The notes beneath the pieces were generated by a model. The model made no database searches. It was not told where the DNA came from and worked only from the letters and a program-made list of their open reading frames with translations. Position numbers and translations under genes: made by a program. DNA of 64,000 nt from the NCBI GenBank assembly GCA_041725955.1, contig JBGRQE010000011.1, positions 348 to 64,347 on the forward strand. The letters are read 5' to 3'. Shown here one piece after another: positions 17,634 to 27,815 of this stretch (within the stretch, counting starts at the first letter, position 1; every line of letters begins with the position of its first letter). The stretch is from Bacteroidales bacterium. Its GTDB lineage: Bacteria > Bacteroidota > Bacteroidia > Bacteroidales > JBGRPZ01.

Positions 17634-18695
17634 CTACTTAAACTTAGACAAATTGGTTGAAATACTAAACCAATTAGGAGAACCTTCAAGATGATAGGCC
17701 GAACGAGAATAAGATATTTTAAATCGATTTAAATTTAGACCAACACCCCACGACAAACCTACAGTTCCAGGTTTATTGGCAATTCTCAGATCTGTTCGTG
17801 TTCTGAAGTTATATCCCAAACGAACATTTAATCGTTTAGCAATAGTTAATTCACCTCCTATACGTAAATGCTTTAAGGCATTCTTCAATTCTCTTTCAAA
17901 ACCTGATTCTTTTTTCACCTCTCCACTAAAGGCATCAAAATCTGCTGAAGATTTATCAGGATCATCATAATAAATATTCCAATTATCGATTTCATCCACA
18001 ACAGCAAAAATCCGTAAAGGTAAATGCAATAATTTCTTCGAAACAGCAAGTTGCAAATCAAATGGCATACTTTCATTATTTCCCTCATGAAACGGTTTTA
18101 GCTGAGCACCAATATTACGACCTGCCAATGAAATGGCCCATTGATGTTCATCGTCATGATAGGTAAAAACAACATCCGTTCCTAAACCAAAAGAAGTGTA
18201 TGTTTCATATGAAGAATAAACTCCTTTTATGTTGGCACCTACCGATAGTCGTGAGCTCAAAGCCCTACCCCATCCAATTGTAAAAGCAAGGTCGGAAGCC
18301 GAGAATGTTCCAAGACGTTCTCCTGATTCATCGGCAGCATCAAACTGACCATAGTTAAAGTACTGCACGCCTGCAGCAAAAGAACCGATTTTATCAAATG
18401 TTCTCGAATATTGAGCAACACCATAGTTTATTCCATTAAAATAATTCACATAATTCAATCCTATAGAATTATGCATATCAGAATTAATCAATGAAGGATT
18501 TGCAAGTGCCAGAGAGAGATCTCCGTCATAAACAGAAAGAAAATCACTGCCTAAAGCAGCACCACGAGCACTTGTAGTAGTATTTAAAAACTGAAATGCT
18601 CCTCTTCCCCCATTTTGACTCTGCCCCAACTGGCTATAGAAAACTCCTGCAAATAGTATTAGCGATTTAATTAGCAATCCGTACTTTTTCTTCAC
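17634..18695 (-). CDS. porQ: Type IX secretion system outer-membrane protein PorQ
   Basis: 353 aa. Signal peptide, then GGRGAFQFLNTTTSARGAALGSDFLSVYDGDLSLALANPSLIN, which matches my recollection of the PorQ family N-terminus. Beta-barrel-like alternating pattern ending in an aromatic residue. Neighbouring ispH fits known Bacteroidetes synteny. The start codon is GTG (cac on + strand at 18693-18695). Confidence 0.75.
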   Translation of the reverse strand: MKKKYGLLIKSLILFAGVFYSQLGQSQNGGRGAFQFLNTTTSARGAALGSDFLSVYDGDLSLALANPSLINSDMHNSIGLNYVNYFNGINYGVAQYSRTFDKIGSFAAGVQYFNYGQFDAADESGERLGTFSASDLAFTIGWGRALSSRLSVGANIKGVYSSYETYTSFGLGTDVVFTYHDDEHQWAISLAGRNIGAQLKPFHEGNNESMPFDLQLAVSKKLLHLPLRIFAVVDEIDNWNIYYDDPDKSSADFDAFSGEVKKESGFERELKNALKHLRIGGELTIAKRLNVRLGYNFRTRTDLRIANKPGTVGLSWGVGLNLNRFKISYSRSAYHLEGSPNWFSISTNLSKFK

Positions 18696-18747
18696 AAGAA
18701 ATGTTTTTTATTAGTAGATTGATTTTCAAGAAACGATTTGCAATATG

Positions 18748-18778
18748 CAAAATTATATTTAATTAATACTTATTCAAA
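18748..18778 (-). promoter_or_regulatory. Full Bacteroidetes-type promoter TTTG-N19-TAATTTTG (minus strand) for porQ
   Basis: The + strand shows CAAAATTA at 18748-18755 and CAAA at 18775-18778, with a 19-bp spacer. It lies 53 nt upstream of the GTG start. Confidence 0.55.
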
Positions 18779-18804
18779 AAGAATTAGTATTCACTGTTTT
18801 ATTC

Positions 18805-19485
18805 TCATTTTGTAACAACAGGCCTTCCTTTAAAATATATATTCCCTTGGCCTGGCCGATATAAGTGAGTAACTTCATCGTAATATTCATAACAACCCAT
18901 AGAACAACCATGTTGTATCTCAATGTTCTTGGCTTTCAAATTAGATGCAACAACTTTTGCTAAGCCAGAAGAAGTTATTTCAAAGAAGTTTGTCTTTCCT
19001 TTAAGTATCAGAACTCCACAGTCTTGATTTACAACTTCTACTTTATCTGACTGTAATTCAAGATCAACCAAAGCTTCATCTTTCACAATAATCCTAACTT
19101 CCTGAGATGAATTCACATAGTTAACAGACTCTACAACTGCCCCATTTTGAGCAGTAACAGATTCCAGTTCACTAGAATATACCGAGATATCAATATCTGA
19201 ATCACAAATATATCTATCCGAATATATCTCAAAAATACCTTTATCTAAGCGGAAAATTAAATGAGATAGTAGTTTTGGCGGTGCAGAAATTTCAAAAAAG
19301 CAAGTATCCGATTGATAGAGTTTTATTTGTGCAGGAACACACACCTTTAATCCTTTTAAGTTAGGAAGAGATCTGATTTCTTTTCTGCATTCTCCATCAC
19401 TTTGCACACAATTGCATGAAGCAAAAATATATTGCAGCGCAAAGAAAGAAACAATTATTACTAGAATTTTTTTTATTATCCTCAT
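18805..19485 (-). CDS. Lipoprotein with DUF2807 / head-GIN (putative auto-transporter adhesin head) domain
   Basis: I prefer the ATG at 19485 (MRIIKKILVIIVSFFALQYIFASC, a lipobox-like signal) over the longer track ORF (19563). The repetitive beta-strand pattern (VRIIVKDEALVDLELQSDKVEVVNQDCGVLILKGKTNFFEITSSGLAKVVASNLKAKNIEIQ) resembles DUF2807. Confidence 0.5.
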   Translation of the reverse strand: MRIIKKILVIIVSFFALQYIFASCNCVQSDGECRKEIRSLPNLKGLKVCVPAQIKLYQSDTCFFEISAPPKLLSHLIFRLDKGIFEIYSDRYICDSDIDISVYSSELESVTAQNGAVVESVNYVNSSQEVRIIVKDEALVDLELQSDKVEVVNQDCGVLILKGKTNFFEITSSGLAKVVASNLKAKNIEIQHGCSMGCYEYYDEVTHLYRPGQGNIYFKGRPVVTK

Positions 19486-19624
19486 AAATATATGTATACA
19501 GCTTTCAAAACAAAACATTGTTCTGAATAAAAAATTTGAGGACCAAAAAACAAGAAAACCCAATATTAATCTGAAGACTCAGCGTACATAAACTGTACGC
19601 TGATCACAAAAGTAAAAAAAATTT

Positions 19625-20638
19625 TTAAAGGTTTTTATTGTACTTAATAATTTCTGTAATATTTTCTGGATTTGTTTGAAATTGATTAAAAAGAAATATG
19701 TTGCCATTTTTCTTTATTTGAGTATCCAAATTAATAAACCAATTTTTAAACATAGCATTAGGACTATCCTTTTGAGTGCACATTTCGTAAATACTCTGAG
19801 GGCTTCCAGATACTGAAGATAATAAAGTTAAAGCTGAAGGATGTTGAACTATCCCCAAAATTGCCATTCTTACAGAATCTTTAGTTTTCAAACTAGTTGT
19901 TAAAGCATTAAAAATAGAGTCTGTCGTCTGATAAGTAGGTATGACTTCTGTAAACCAGTTATCTCTATTAAATATCATTTTCTCTTGCCTAAGAGTTTGA
20001 GGAGGATAAGAAGACAAAAGGACAACACTTACCCCTTTATTCCAAAGATTCTTTACTGTCGAATCAGGGTTAATATCACTTACTTGTACAATATGACGAC
20101 CAAGTCTATCAATAATCAGTTGCAATAACTCTCCGTATAATGGAGGTTCTACATTTACTTTCTTTAAATCAATGAATACAATTTCTTTTGGATGATTTGC
20201 AGCAAAATGCGAAAATTCATCAAGTACAGGTTCTATCTCAGAAGACAAAAAGTTATGAAAACTAAATATTGTACTCTCATACGATTCTAGTCTAAAATCA
20301 AAATAACGAATTCCCTGTCTCAGTTGTTCTTTAACATCGAGATTCTGATTCATTGAAAAAGCAGCTAATACTTCTCGTCCAACTTCTTTTTGCACACTTA
20401 AAGTCCATTCAGAAATTGAATCCGTAGCATATGGACTATCCGGAGTTATTTGATATGTTAAGGAATAATATGTTCCAGGAATAGCAATATCATTTAGCTT
20501 TAAGTTTTGGTTCTCACCAAACACATCGGCCATCCAATCTTTGGTGTCAATATTATGTTCTTTATCCAGCTTCGAAGGATTTTCGCATGAGAAAAATAAA
20601 CATAAAGAGAAAAGGGCGAAAAAAACGGATCGATTCAT
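19625..20638 (-). CDS. Secreted/lipoprotein PI-PLC X-domain-like (PLC-like phosphodiesterase fold) protein with a non-canonical active site
   Basis: 337 aa. Signal peptide ending FFSC. IPGTYYSLT stands where bacterial PI-PLCs have IPGTHDSGT. GIRYFDFRL matches the RxFDxR strand. Confidence 0.55.
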   Translation of the reverse strand: MNRSVFFALFSLCLFFSCENPSKLDKEHNIDTKDWMADVFGENQNLKLNDIAIPGTYYSLTYQITPDSPYATDSISEWTLSVQKEVGREVLAAFSMNQNLDVKEQLRQGIRYFDFRLESYESTIFSFHNFLSSEIEPVLDEFSHFAANHPKEIVFIDLKKVNVEPPLYGELLQLIIDRLGRHIVQVSDINPDSTVKNLWNKGVSVVLLSSYPPQTLRQEKMIFNRDNWFTEVIPTYQTTDSIFNALTTSLKTKDSVRMAILGIVQHPSALTLLSSVSGSPQSIYEMCTQKDSPNAMFKNWFINLDTQIKKNGNIFLFNQFQTNPENITEIIKYNKNL

Positions 20639-20789
20639 AGGAGATAATCTTAGGTTAATTAAAAAGTAGCTAAAAACTGAATTAATTATAACGACAAAAG
20701 TTTACAGAGTTTTATATAAGTTGTTCTTATTTCGATTGAATAATAAAACTAAACATCATTTAACTCTCACTACCATAGGCTTAAGGTAC

Positions 20790-20830
20790 AAAAAAACAGA
20801 GAGATAAACAGTTATTTCATTTATCTCTCT
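20790..20830 (-). terminator. Intrinsic terminator after the UPF0158 gene
   Basis: Perfect 11-bp stem agagagataaa (20798-20808) / tttatctctct (20820-20830) with an 11-nt loop. A T-run follows on the minus strand. Confidence 0.6.
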
Positions 20831-20844
20831 ATATAAATTTTATT

Positions 20845-21288
20845 TTATAATAAATCTTCTTCAGGCTCAAAAATATTATCTATTTGACTTTTGACCCAAA
20901 AAACCTCTTTTCCTTTTTTAAAATCTGTCCATTTAACCATTAAGCCATCCATTTTTTTTAAAATCCCTTTAAACTCCCTAAAAGCATATCTACCTTTAAG
21001 ACTATCCTCTAATTTATCCTTTTCAATACAATCGGGAAGTTGTTCTACAAAATCTTCCATAATTTCAAATTCTGATTCTGTATCCATAGGCAAAATTCGT
21101 TCAAACATCTCATTTTTATCTTCAAAATCACGACGAATTTCTTCTAAATCTAGAGTATCATCAAAAGCCAAAAGTTCCTCTGAAGGAACTTCTACTATCG
21201 ACTGATTACTTTTATGAATATAGTACTCATAACCACCAAGATGAACATTTTCTGCAAGTTCTTTCCATTCTCTATTGGTAAGATTCAT
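20845..21288 (-). CDS. UPF0158-family protein (function unknown)
   Basis: 147 aa, acidic. The C-terminal GRYAFREFKGILKK...W motif resembles UPF0158. Confidence 0.5.
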   Translation of the reverse strand: MNLTNREWKELAENVHLGGYEYYIHKSNQSIVEVPSEELLAFDDTLDLEEIRRDFEDKNEMFERILPMDTESEFEIMEDFVEQLPDCIEKDKLEDSLKGRYAFREFKGILKKMDGLMVKWTDFKKGKEVFWVKSQIDNIFEPEEDLL

Positions 21289-21460
21289 ATTAAAGAATTT
21301 TATGGTTAAAAAATCGGAGGTAATAACAAAGTTAATGATAAGTAATCGATTTTACAGAATAAAAATCAAGACATTACCATATCCACTTCCTTTAAAAGAA
21401 TAACGAAAACAAAACCGCAATTATATATGTAATGAAAATATAAAACTTCGCAATTCAAAG

Positions 21461-21487
21461 CAAAAAAGCTGCCCTTTAAGGACAGCT
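21461..21487 (-). terminator. Intrinsic terminator after the aconitase gene
   Basis: Hairpin agctgccc (21467-21474) / ggacagct (21480-21487), 7/8 paired. A T-run follows on the minus strand (A-run 21462-21466 on +). Confidence 0.55.
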
Positions 21488-21513
21488 TTATTATTGAGAA
21501 AGATGGTGTACAT

Positions 21514-23778
21514 CTATTTATTTTGTGCAGCAATCATATTTAAAGCACTACCTGCCTTAAACCATGATATTTGATTTTTGTTGTAAGTATGATTTACAGG
21601 AAACTCATCAGTTGTTCCATCTGCATGATTTAGAACTATGGTAAGTTGTTTTCCTGGAACAAAATTAGTCAACCCTTTTACATCAATCAAATCATCTTCA
21701 CGAATTTTATCGTAGTCTGATTTATTATCAAATGTAAGAGCTAACATGCCTTGCTTCTTTAAATTTGTTTCATGAATACGAGCAAAAGATTTAACCAAAA
21801 CAACTTTTACTCCCATATGACGCGGTTCCATAGCGGCATGCTCACGACTTGAACCTTCTCCATAGTTTTCATCTCCAACTACGATAGAACCATATCCTGC
21901 AGCTTTATAAGCCCTAGCTGTTGCAGGAACTTCTTCCATCTGACCATTTTCAAAGTTTTTCACCATATTGGTTTTGCCATTATAAGCATTAACAGCACCA
22001 ATAAGCATATTATTTGAAATATTGTCAAGATGCCCACGATATCTCAACCATGGTCCAGCCATTGAAATATGGTCGGTAGTACATTTACCTTGTGCTTTAA
22101 TAAGCAAACGCATTCCTTTAATATCATTACCATCCCAAGCATTGAAAGGGGAAAGCAATTGTAATCTTTCAGATTCTTTATTTACAACTACATCAACATT
22201 ACTTCCATCTTTAGCAGGAGCCTGATAACCATTATCATCACAATCAAACCCATTTTTAGGAAGTTCGATTCCTACAGGTTCTTCCAATTTAACCTGCTCA
22301 CCTTTTTCATTAGTAAGGGTATCCTTCATAGGATTAAACTTCAAGGATCCTGCAATAGCAAATGCAGTTACCATTTCTGGTGAAGCAACAAATGCATGTG
22401 TATTAGGATTTCCATCATTACGCTTGCTAAAGTTCCTATTGAAAGAAGTCATAATTGAATTAGGACCTAAATCTTTGGCATGGTGTCTAGCCCATTGTCC
22501 AATACAAGGACCACAAGCATTTGCCATAATCACACCTCCAATATGCTCAAAATCAGACAATATTTCATCTCGCCTAGCGGTAAAATAAACCATCTCTGAA
22601 CCTGGAGTAACTGTATATTCAGCTTTTACTTTAAGATCTTTTTCTACAGCTTGACGTGCTAAAGAAGCAGCTCTAGTCAAATCCTCATAAGATGAATTGG
22701 TACAAGAACCAATAAGACCTACTTCTAATTTTTCTGGCCATCCATGCTCTTCAACAGCCTTAGCCATTTCAGAAACAGGAGTTGCTAAATCAGGAGTAAA
22801 AGGACCATTGATATATGGCTCAAGTTCATCTAAATTAATTTCAATAAGCTGATCATAATATTTTTCTGGATTTGCATAAACCTCGTCATCAGCACGAAGA
22901 TAATCAGCAACCTCATCAGCCATTTCAACAATTTCCTTACGACCAGTAACATTAAGATAGTCCTTCATTTTCTGATCATAAGCAAACATAGAAGTTGTAG
23001 CTCCTATTTCAGCACCCATATTACAAATGGTACCTTTACCTGTACAAGAAATGGATTCAGCACCTTCACCAAAATATTCTACAATTGCTCCTGTTCCTCC
23101 TTTTACAGTAAGAATTCCAGCAACTTTCAGTATAACATCTTTTGGTGCAGTCCAACCACTTAACTTACCAGTTAACTTAACTCCAATAAGTTTTGGAAAC
23201 TTCAATTCCCAAGGCATTTCTGCCATTACATCAACTGCATCAGCTCCGCCAACACCTATGGCAATCATACCTAGACCACCTGCATTGGGAGTATGAGAAT
23301 CTGTTCCAATCATCATACCACCTGGGAAAGCATAATTTTCTAAAACTACTTGGTGAATAATTCCACTGCCCGGCTTCCAAAATCCAATTCCATATTTATT
23401 TGAAACACTTGCAAGAAAATCATAAACTTCTTTGTTTACATCTTTTGCAACTTCCAAATCTTTCTCTGCTCCAACTTTTGCTTGGATTAGGTGATCGGTG
23501 TGAACAGTTGATGGAACAGCAACTTTACTCTTCCCTGCTTGCATAAATTGAAGTAAAGCCATCTGAGCGGTTGCATCTTGCATAGCAACACGATCGGGTC
23601 TGAAATCAACATATGATTCACCTCTCTTAAATTCTTCTGATGCCAATTGTTGATCAAGATGTGCATACAAGACCTTTTCAGCATAAGTCATAGGTCTTCC
23701 TAGTACTTTTTTAGCAGAATCTACTCTTTCTGCCATACGGGTATATACCCCCTTGATCATTTCTAAATCGAAAGCCAT
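21514..23778 (-). CDS. acn: Aconitate hydratase (monomeric ~750-aa, mitochondrial-like type common in Bacteroidetes)
   Basis: [34 protein letters not shown] (Fe-S ligands) and [10 protein letters not shown] motifs. I prefer the ATG at 23778 ([12 protein letters not shown]) over the 11-codon-longer track start. Confidence 0.93.
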   Translation of the reverse strand: MAFDLEMIKGVYTRMAERVDSAKKVLGRPMTYAEKVLYAHLDQQLASEEFKRGESYVDFRPDRVAMQDATAQMALLQFMQAGKSKVAVPSTVHTDHLIQAKVGAEKDLEVAKDVNKEVYDFLASVSNKYGIGFWKPGSGIIHQVVLENYAFPGGMMIGTDSHTPNAGGLGMIAIGVGGADAVDVMAEMPWELKFPKLIGVKLTGKLSGWTAPKDVILKVAGILTVKGGTGAIVEYFGEGAESISCTGKGTICNMGAEIGATTSMFAYDQKMKDYLNVTGRKEIVEMADEVADYLRADDEVYANPEKYYDQLIEINLDELEPYINGPFTPDLATPVSEMAKAVEEHGWPEKLEVGLIGSCTNSSYEDLTRAASLARQAVEKDLKVKAEYTVTPGSEMVYFTARRDEILSDFEHIGGVIMANACGPCIGQWARHHAKDLGPNSIMTSFNRNFSKRNDGNPNTHAFVASPEMVTAFAIAGSLKFNPMKDTLTNEKGEQVKLEEPVGIELPKNGFDCDDNGYQAPAKDGSNVDVVVNKESERLQLLSPFNAWDGNDIKGMRLLIKAQGKCTTDHISMAGPWLRYRGHLDNISNNMLIGAVNAYNGKTNMVKNFENGQMEEVPATARAYKAAGYGSIVVGDENYGEGSSREHAAMEPRHMGVKVVLVKSFARIHETNLKKQGMLALTFDNKSDYDKIREDDLIDVKGLTNFVPGKQLTIVLNHADGTTDEFPVNHTYNKNQISWFKAGSALNMIAAQNK

Positions 23779-24161
23779 AGTTAGTGATTTTTTATTACAG
23801 CTAATATTCAATATTTTTCCTCATACTAATGTATGATGGATTGTGATGTTATTTTGTCCGGCCAAAAATCGAACAAAAAAATAAATTTACCAAAGCCTTA
23901 GCAGGAAATGAATTCAGAATAATTTTAAAGTATTATCCTTCTGGAAATTACATGATTAAATTTAAATGAATTCGGATAAAGAAAATAAATTTCTTCTCTC
24001 GAATTCAATGCATAAACACATCGAACAGGTTTAAGGTTCATATAAAAGGAGTTTCATTATAAAGTTCTAAGTATAAAGTATGTAAAAACGCTATCATTCC
24101 TAAAACCAGGAGAACTTATAAAGTAATAAAACTACAGAATCAAGTATAACCCTCATTACAT

Positions 24162-24199
24162 AAAACAAAAAAGCCATTCTCAAAGTATTGAGGATGGCT
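24162..24199 (-). terminator. Intrinsic terminator after abgT
   Basis: Hairpin agccattctcaa / ttgaggatggct (24172-24199) with 11/12 paired including one G-U. A T-run follows on the minus strand. Confidence 0.6.
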
Positions 24200-24226
24200 T
24201 CAAACAGTATAGTCAATCTATTTAAA

Positions 24227-25780
24227 TTAAGGCAAATGGATCCCTATTCCAGGACCTAAAGGAATATCGAAAACAATCCATATAATCAATAATCCGATCC
24301 AAGCAAAAAAGAATGCAAAAGAATAAGGAATCATTGTTGACATAATTGTTCCAATACCCGAATTCTTATCATATTTCTGAAAATAAGTAATTATTAAAGC
24401 GAAAAAACTCATCATTGGAGAAATGATATTGGTAACACTATCTCCTATTCTATATACAACCTGACTTAACTCGGGAGAGTAGCCCATAAGCATAAACATT
24501 GGAATAAACACAGGACCTAGAACAGCCCATTTTGCTGATGCACTTCCCATAAACATATTCATTACAGCAGCAAACAAAATAAATAATATCATCAAAGGAA
24601 TAACTTTCCAATCAAAGCCCTGAGCCATTAGTCCAGATTCTGAAGCTCCAAACAAATCATTTAAAAATCCGGCACCCTTAATAGCAAAAATCAATCCCAA
24701 ATTACTCCATTTAAAGAATGCAACAAATTGAGCAGCAAAAAACACAAGAACAATATAACCTGACAATGACTTTATGCTTGCAGTCATTCCTTTTACAACA
24801 TCATCTTGTTTTTTGAAATTTCCAGATACAAATCCATATGCAAGCCCCATACCTACCATAATAAAGACCAACCAAGAAATAACGCCTTTAATTAAAGGTC
24901 CTTTTAATATACTACCCTCTTCAGTTCTTAAAAAACCATTTTCAGGAATAAGTCCAATCAGGATAATTGCAACAAATAATAAAAATACAGCTCCTGCAGC
25001 TTTAAGTCCTTTTTTTTCCAATGGAGAAAGATGATCCATTGATACAGTTTCATTTCCCTTATATTCGCCAAAACGAGGAGCAATAATTTTTTCTGTAACC
25101 CAAGTCCCAGCAAAAGCAATTATAAATGTAGAAATAAACATAAAATAATAATTAGCTGTAGGATTAACCTCATAATTTACATCTACAATTTGAGCTGCTT
25201 CTGTTGACAAACCTGCTAGAAGAGGATCGATAGTTCCAAGGATTAAATTTGCGCTAAATCCTCCTGATACACCAGCAAAAGCTGCTGCCATACCAACTAT
25301 AGGATGTCTGTTTACAGCAATAAAAATTGTACCTGCTAAAGGAATAAGTAAAACATATCCAACATCACTTGCCATGTTTGAAAGTATACCCGCAAATACC
25401 ATTACAAAAGATAAAGAATATTTGGGTGCAGAAAGAACAAGCTTACGGATTGCTACACCAATCAATCCACTACTTTCCGCAATGCCTATACCAAGCATTG
25501 CAACCAAAACAATTCCAAGAGGAGCAAAACCTGTAAAGTTTTCCACCATATTTAATACAATCTTATGAAAACCACTCTTAGATAAGAGATTTACAGTTTC
25601 AATTACTTCCCCATTTGCAGGATGTGTAGCAGACCATCCTAGCCAACTACAAATTCCAGAAAGAAAAAGAATCATCAAAGCAAAAATACCAAACAATAAA
25701 GCAGGATGCGGCAAGGCATTCCCTACTCTCTCTAGAGTATTTAAAAATTTCCCCTTTTGAACTTGAGCTACTCCCTCCAT
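24227..25780 (-). CDS. abgT: AbgT-family transporter (p-aminobenzoyl-glutamate / antimetabolite efflux family)
   Basis: 517 aa, polytopic. The N-terminus (FLNTLERVGNALPHPALLFGIFALMI) is characteristic of AbgT/MtrF. Confidence 0.85.
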   Translation of the reverse strand: MEGVAQVQKGKFLNTLERVGNALPHPALLFGIFALMILFLSGICSWLGWSATHPANGEVIETVNLLSKSGFHKIVLNMVENFTGFAPLGIVLVAMLGIGIAESSGLIGVAIRKLVLSAPKYSLSFVMVFAGILSNMASDVGYVLLIPLAGTIFIAVNRHPIVGMAAAFAGVSGGFSANLILGTIDPLLAGLSTEAAQIVDVNYEVNPTANYYFMFISTFIIAFAGTWVTEKIIAPRFGEYKGNETVSMDHLSPLEKKGLKAAGAVFLLFVAIILIGLIPENGFLRTEEGSILKGPLIKGVISWLVFIMVGMGLAYGFVSGNFKKQDDVVKGMTASIKSLSGYIVLVFFAAQFVAFFKWSNLGLIFAIKGAGFLNDLFGASESGLMAQGFDWKVIPLMILFILFAAVMNMFMGSASAKWAVLGPVFIPMFMLMGYSPELSQVVYRIGDSVTNIISPMMSFFALIITYFQKYDKNSGIGTIMSTMIPYSFAFFFAWIGLLIIWIVFDIPLGPGIGIHLP

Positions 25781-25980
25781 AGAATATTTTTTTCTTTTAT
25801 TTTGACCACATTTTTCGTGAGCAAAAATGCCTAAATAATTCTATACTCACAAAAAAACTTGAAGGGAGTTATATATTTTTTCTTTTAACTATATACTTTA
25901 CTTCTTTTCAAAAAACATAACTGACTTAACAATCCTTCACCCAGGATATTTAATATCTTATTTTTGATTTACTATAAACA

Positions 25981-26021
25981 AAAAAAGGCTGACCCAAATT
26001 TCTCTGGGACAGCCTTTTTTT
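25981..26021 (-). terminator. Intrinsic terminator after nusB (A-run/T-run flanked, potentially bidirectional)
   Basis: ggctgaccca (25987-25996) / tgggacagcc (26005-26014), 9/10 paired, flanked by AAAAAA and TTTTTTT. Confidence 0.65.
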
Positions 26022-26040
26022 GATAATGCAAAATTTCTTC

Positions 26041-27000
26041 TTAACTCTGAAGACCTCTTCCAATCTTGTTAATCTTTTCAGCTTCGTTAAACTCATTAAT
26101 AAGCTTATCTAGAACTCCATTGATAAATATCTTACTTTTTGGAGTACTGAAAAATTTAGAGATCTCGATATACTCATTCATAGTAACCTTTACCGGTACA
26201 GTAGGCATATTTAAGAACTCCGCAATAGCCATCTGAATAATTATTACATCCATGATAGCAACACGCTCTAATTCCCAATTTTTAGTTCTCTCCTGAATTA
26301 TCTTTTCATATTCTTTATTCTTTGCAACAGAAATTCGAAATAATTTTTTCAAGAAATCAAAATCTTCACTGCCTTGTTCAGAATCGTTGCGGAAAATTAC
26401 TGGAAGCCTCCAAAATTCATCATAATGATTCTTCCATGATCGAACTGTCTTTACAATCATTTGAGTAACCAAATGATAATCATCAGCCCAATAAATACTT
26501 TTATCTTCATAAAAATCTTCAAGCAACTCAAACTCCGAAAGATAGTTAGTGAAAATGGTAACAACAAGTTCCTTATCATCATTATAAGTACATTCTTCTT
26601 TTGCCATATACTCCTTAAACTCAGGAGTTTCTTTAAGAAGGACATAGAACTTTCTTACCATTTCCTCATCCTCTTTCCAGGAGATTTTGTAATTATCCTC
26701 TTTTCTTCTAAAATCTTTGTTAGAGGATATTTGCTTTACAAAATGATTATTGATAAACCTGACGTTAGGATTTAAATCCTGCTCTGAAGGCAAGAGTTTA
26801 TTTTTTGCGTCTTCGATTCTCTGTTCTGCAAACCGAACCAATTCAACCAGAAAAGAAAGCTGGTGTATGTAAAGTTCATAAAGTTTGTCAATACTGGTAA
26901 TCAATTGCTTTTCTCCCTGTGTGAGATTATCATTATTTGACTGCTTGAATGCATACAAGGCTTGCAAAACCTTAATTCTCAAATGCCTTCTACTTAACAT
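26041..27000 (-). CDS. nusB: Transcription antitermination factor NusB (long Bacteroidetes form)
   Basis: 319 aa. N-terminus MLSRRHLRIKVLQALYAF. The C-terminal NusB fold has ELERVAIMDVIIIQMAIAEF and FINGVLDK. Confidence 0.88.
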   Translation of the reverse strand: MLSRRHLRIKVLQALYAFKQSNNDNLTQGEKQLITSIDKLYELYIHQLSFLVELVRFAEQRIEDAKNKLLPSEQDLNPNVRFINNHFVKQISSNKDFRRKEDNYKISWKEDEEMVRKFYVLLKETPEFKEYMAKEECTYNDDKELVVTIFTNYLSEFELLEDFYEDKSIYWADDYHLVTQMIVKTVRSWKNHYDEFWRLPVIFRNDSEQGSEDFDFLKKLFRISVAKNKEYEKIIQERTKNWELERVAIMDVIIIQMAIAEFLNMPTVPVKVTMNEYIEISKFFSTPKSKIFINGVLDKLINEFNEAEKINKIGRGLQS

Positions 27001-27055
27001 AAACTGTTGATGAGCGTTAAAATTAGTTAATAAACCAGCTTCTAATATTTTTTTG

Positions 27056-27084
27056 CAAAAGTAAAATATTTATTGAGTAACAAA
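27056..27084 (-). promoter_or_regulatory. Candidate promoter TTTG-N17-TACTTTTG (minus strand) for nusB
   Basis: The + strand shows CAAAAGTA at 27056-27063 and CAAA at 27081-27084. The 17-bp spacer is slightly short. It lies 56 nt upstream of the ATG. Confidence 0.4.
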
Positions 27085-27380
27085 AGAAAAAAATATAGGA
27101 ACTTTTGCAAATATGAAACTCATAGTACTACTAGATTATTGTAAATAACTAGCTTCCGTAGAAAAAACAGAATTTACATAGATTATATTATCAATTTTTA
27201 AAACATTAAAACACAAAAACAATAACTCGACAAAATCAATAATAATATTTGAGAAATTAAATATTTTCTTTAAACATTTTTAAACAAAAAACATCTAATA
27301 ACCTCAATTAAAATACTTTACTAAAATAGCATGAAAAATTAAAATAATCCAGATTAGTAAAGACTTTTAAACATTTTTTT

Positions 27381-27388
27381 TATTTTTG
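27381..27388 (+). promoter_or_regulatory. -7 promoter box TATTTTTG
   Basis: Exact TAnnTTTG match 34 nt upstream of the ATG at 27422. No clear -33 element. Confidence 0.35.
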
Positions 27389-27421
27389 CGGGGAACGGAA
27401 TAAACATAACCAGCATATTAT

Positions 27422-27781
27422 ATGGAAGAGCAAGAAAAATTAGATAAAAGAGCTGATATTTTTTCTCAGGTTGTAAGGGCAGGTAAAAGAACTTATTTTT
27501 TTGATGTTAAAGCAACTAGAGCAGGTGATAACTTTTTAACCATCACCGAAAGCAAAAAAAAGTTTGCCCCCAACGGAACTGTTACCTACAAAAAGCATAA
27601 GATTTACTTATACAAAGAAGATTTTGAAAAATTCGGCACTGCTCTGAAAGAAACTTTAGCATTTATCGAAAATCAAAATCATGAATTAGGAGAAGCTACT
27701 GAGTTTAGCGATACTTTAATCGGCGCTGTACCTTCTATAGATTTTGAATTTGAAGATTTAGAAAGTGATTCTAACGAATAA
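27422..27781 (+). CDS. DUF3276 / PUR-alpha-like nucleic-acid-binding protein
   Basis: 119 aa. ADIFSQVVRAGKRTYFFDVKATRAGDNFLTITESKK and HKIYLYKEDFEKF are typical of the Bacteroidetes DUF3276 family. Confidence 0.75.
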   Translation: MEEQEKLDKRADIFSQVVRAGKRTYFFDVKATRAGDNFLTITESKKKFAPNGTVTYKKHKIYLYKEDFEKFGTALKETLAFIENQNHELGEATEFSDTLIGAVPSIDFEFEDLESDSNE

Positions 27782-27815
27782 AGCCTTTAAGCCTATTTCT
27801 CTAGATTTTACCTAA

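Noticed and set aside
17504-17689. 61-aa minus-strand ORF between ispH and porQ
   Set aside because: It overlaps the porQ 3' end, the terminator and the ispH start. No motif; probably spurious.
19580-19602. 9-bp perfect hairpin cagcgtaca/tgtacgctg considered as a terminator for the PLC-like gene
   Set aside because: On the minus (transcribed) strand no T-run follows it; the T/A-runs are on the wrong side. It is left unannotated as a feature.
23812-24226. Long intergenic regions (23812-24226, 27001-27421, 25781-26040) screened for tRNA, riboswitch or sRNA genes
   Set aside because: They are AT-rich, with no tRNA-like GC-rich acceptor or T-arm sequences (no GGTTCGAATCC-type motif) and no conserved riboswitch cores I can recognise. 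They are best explained as promoter and terminator spacers.
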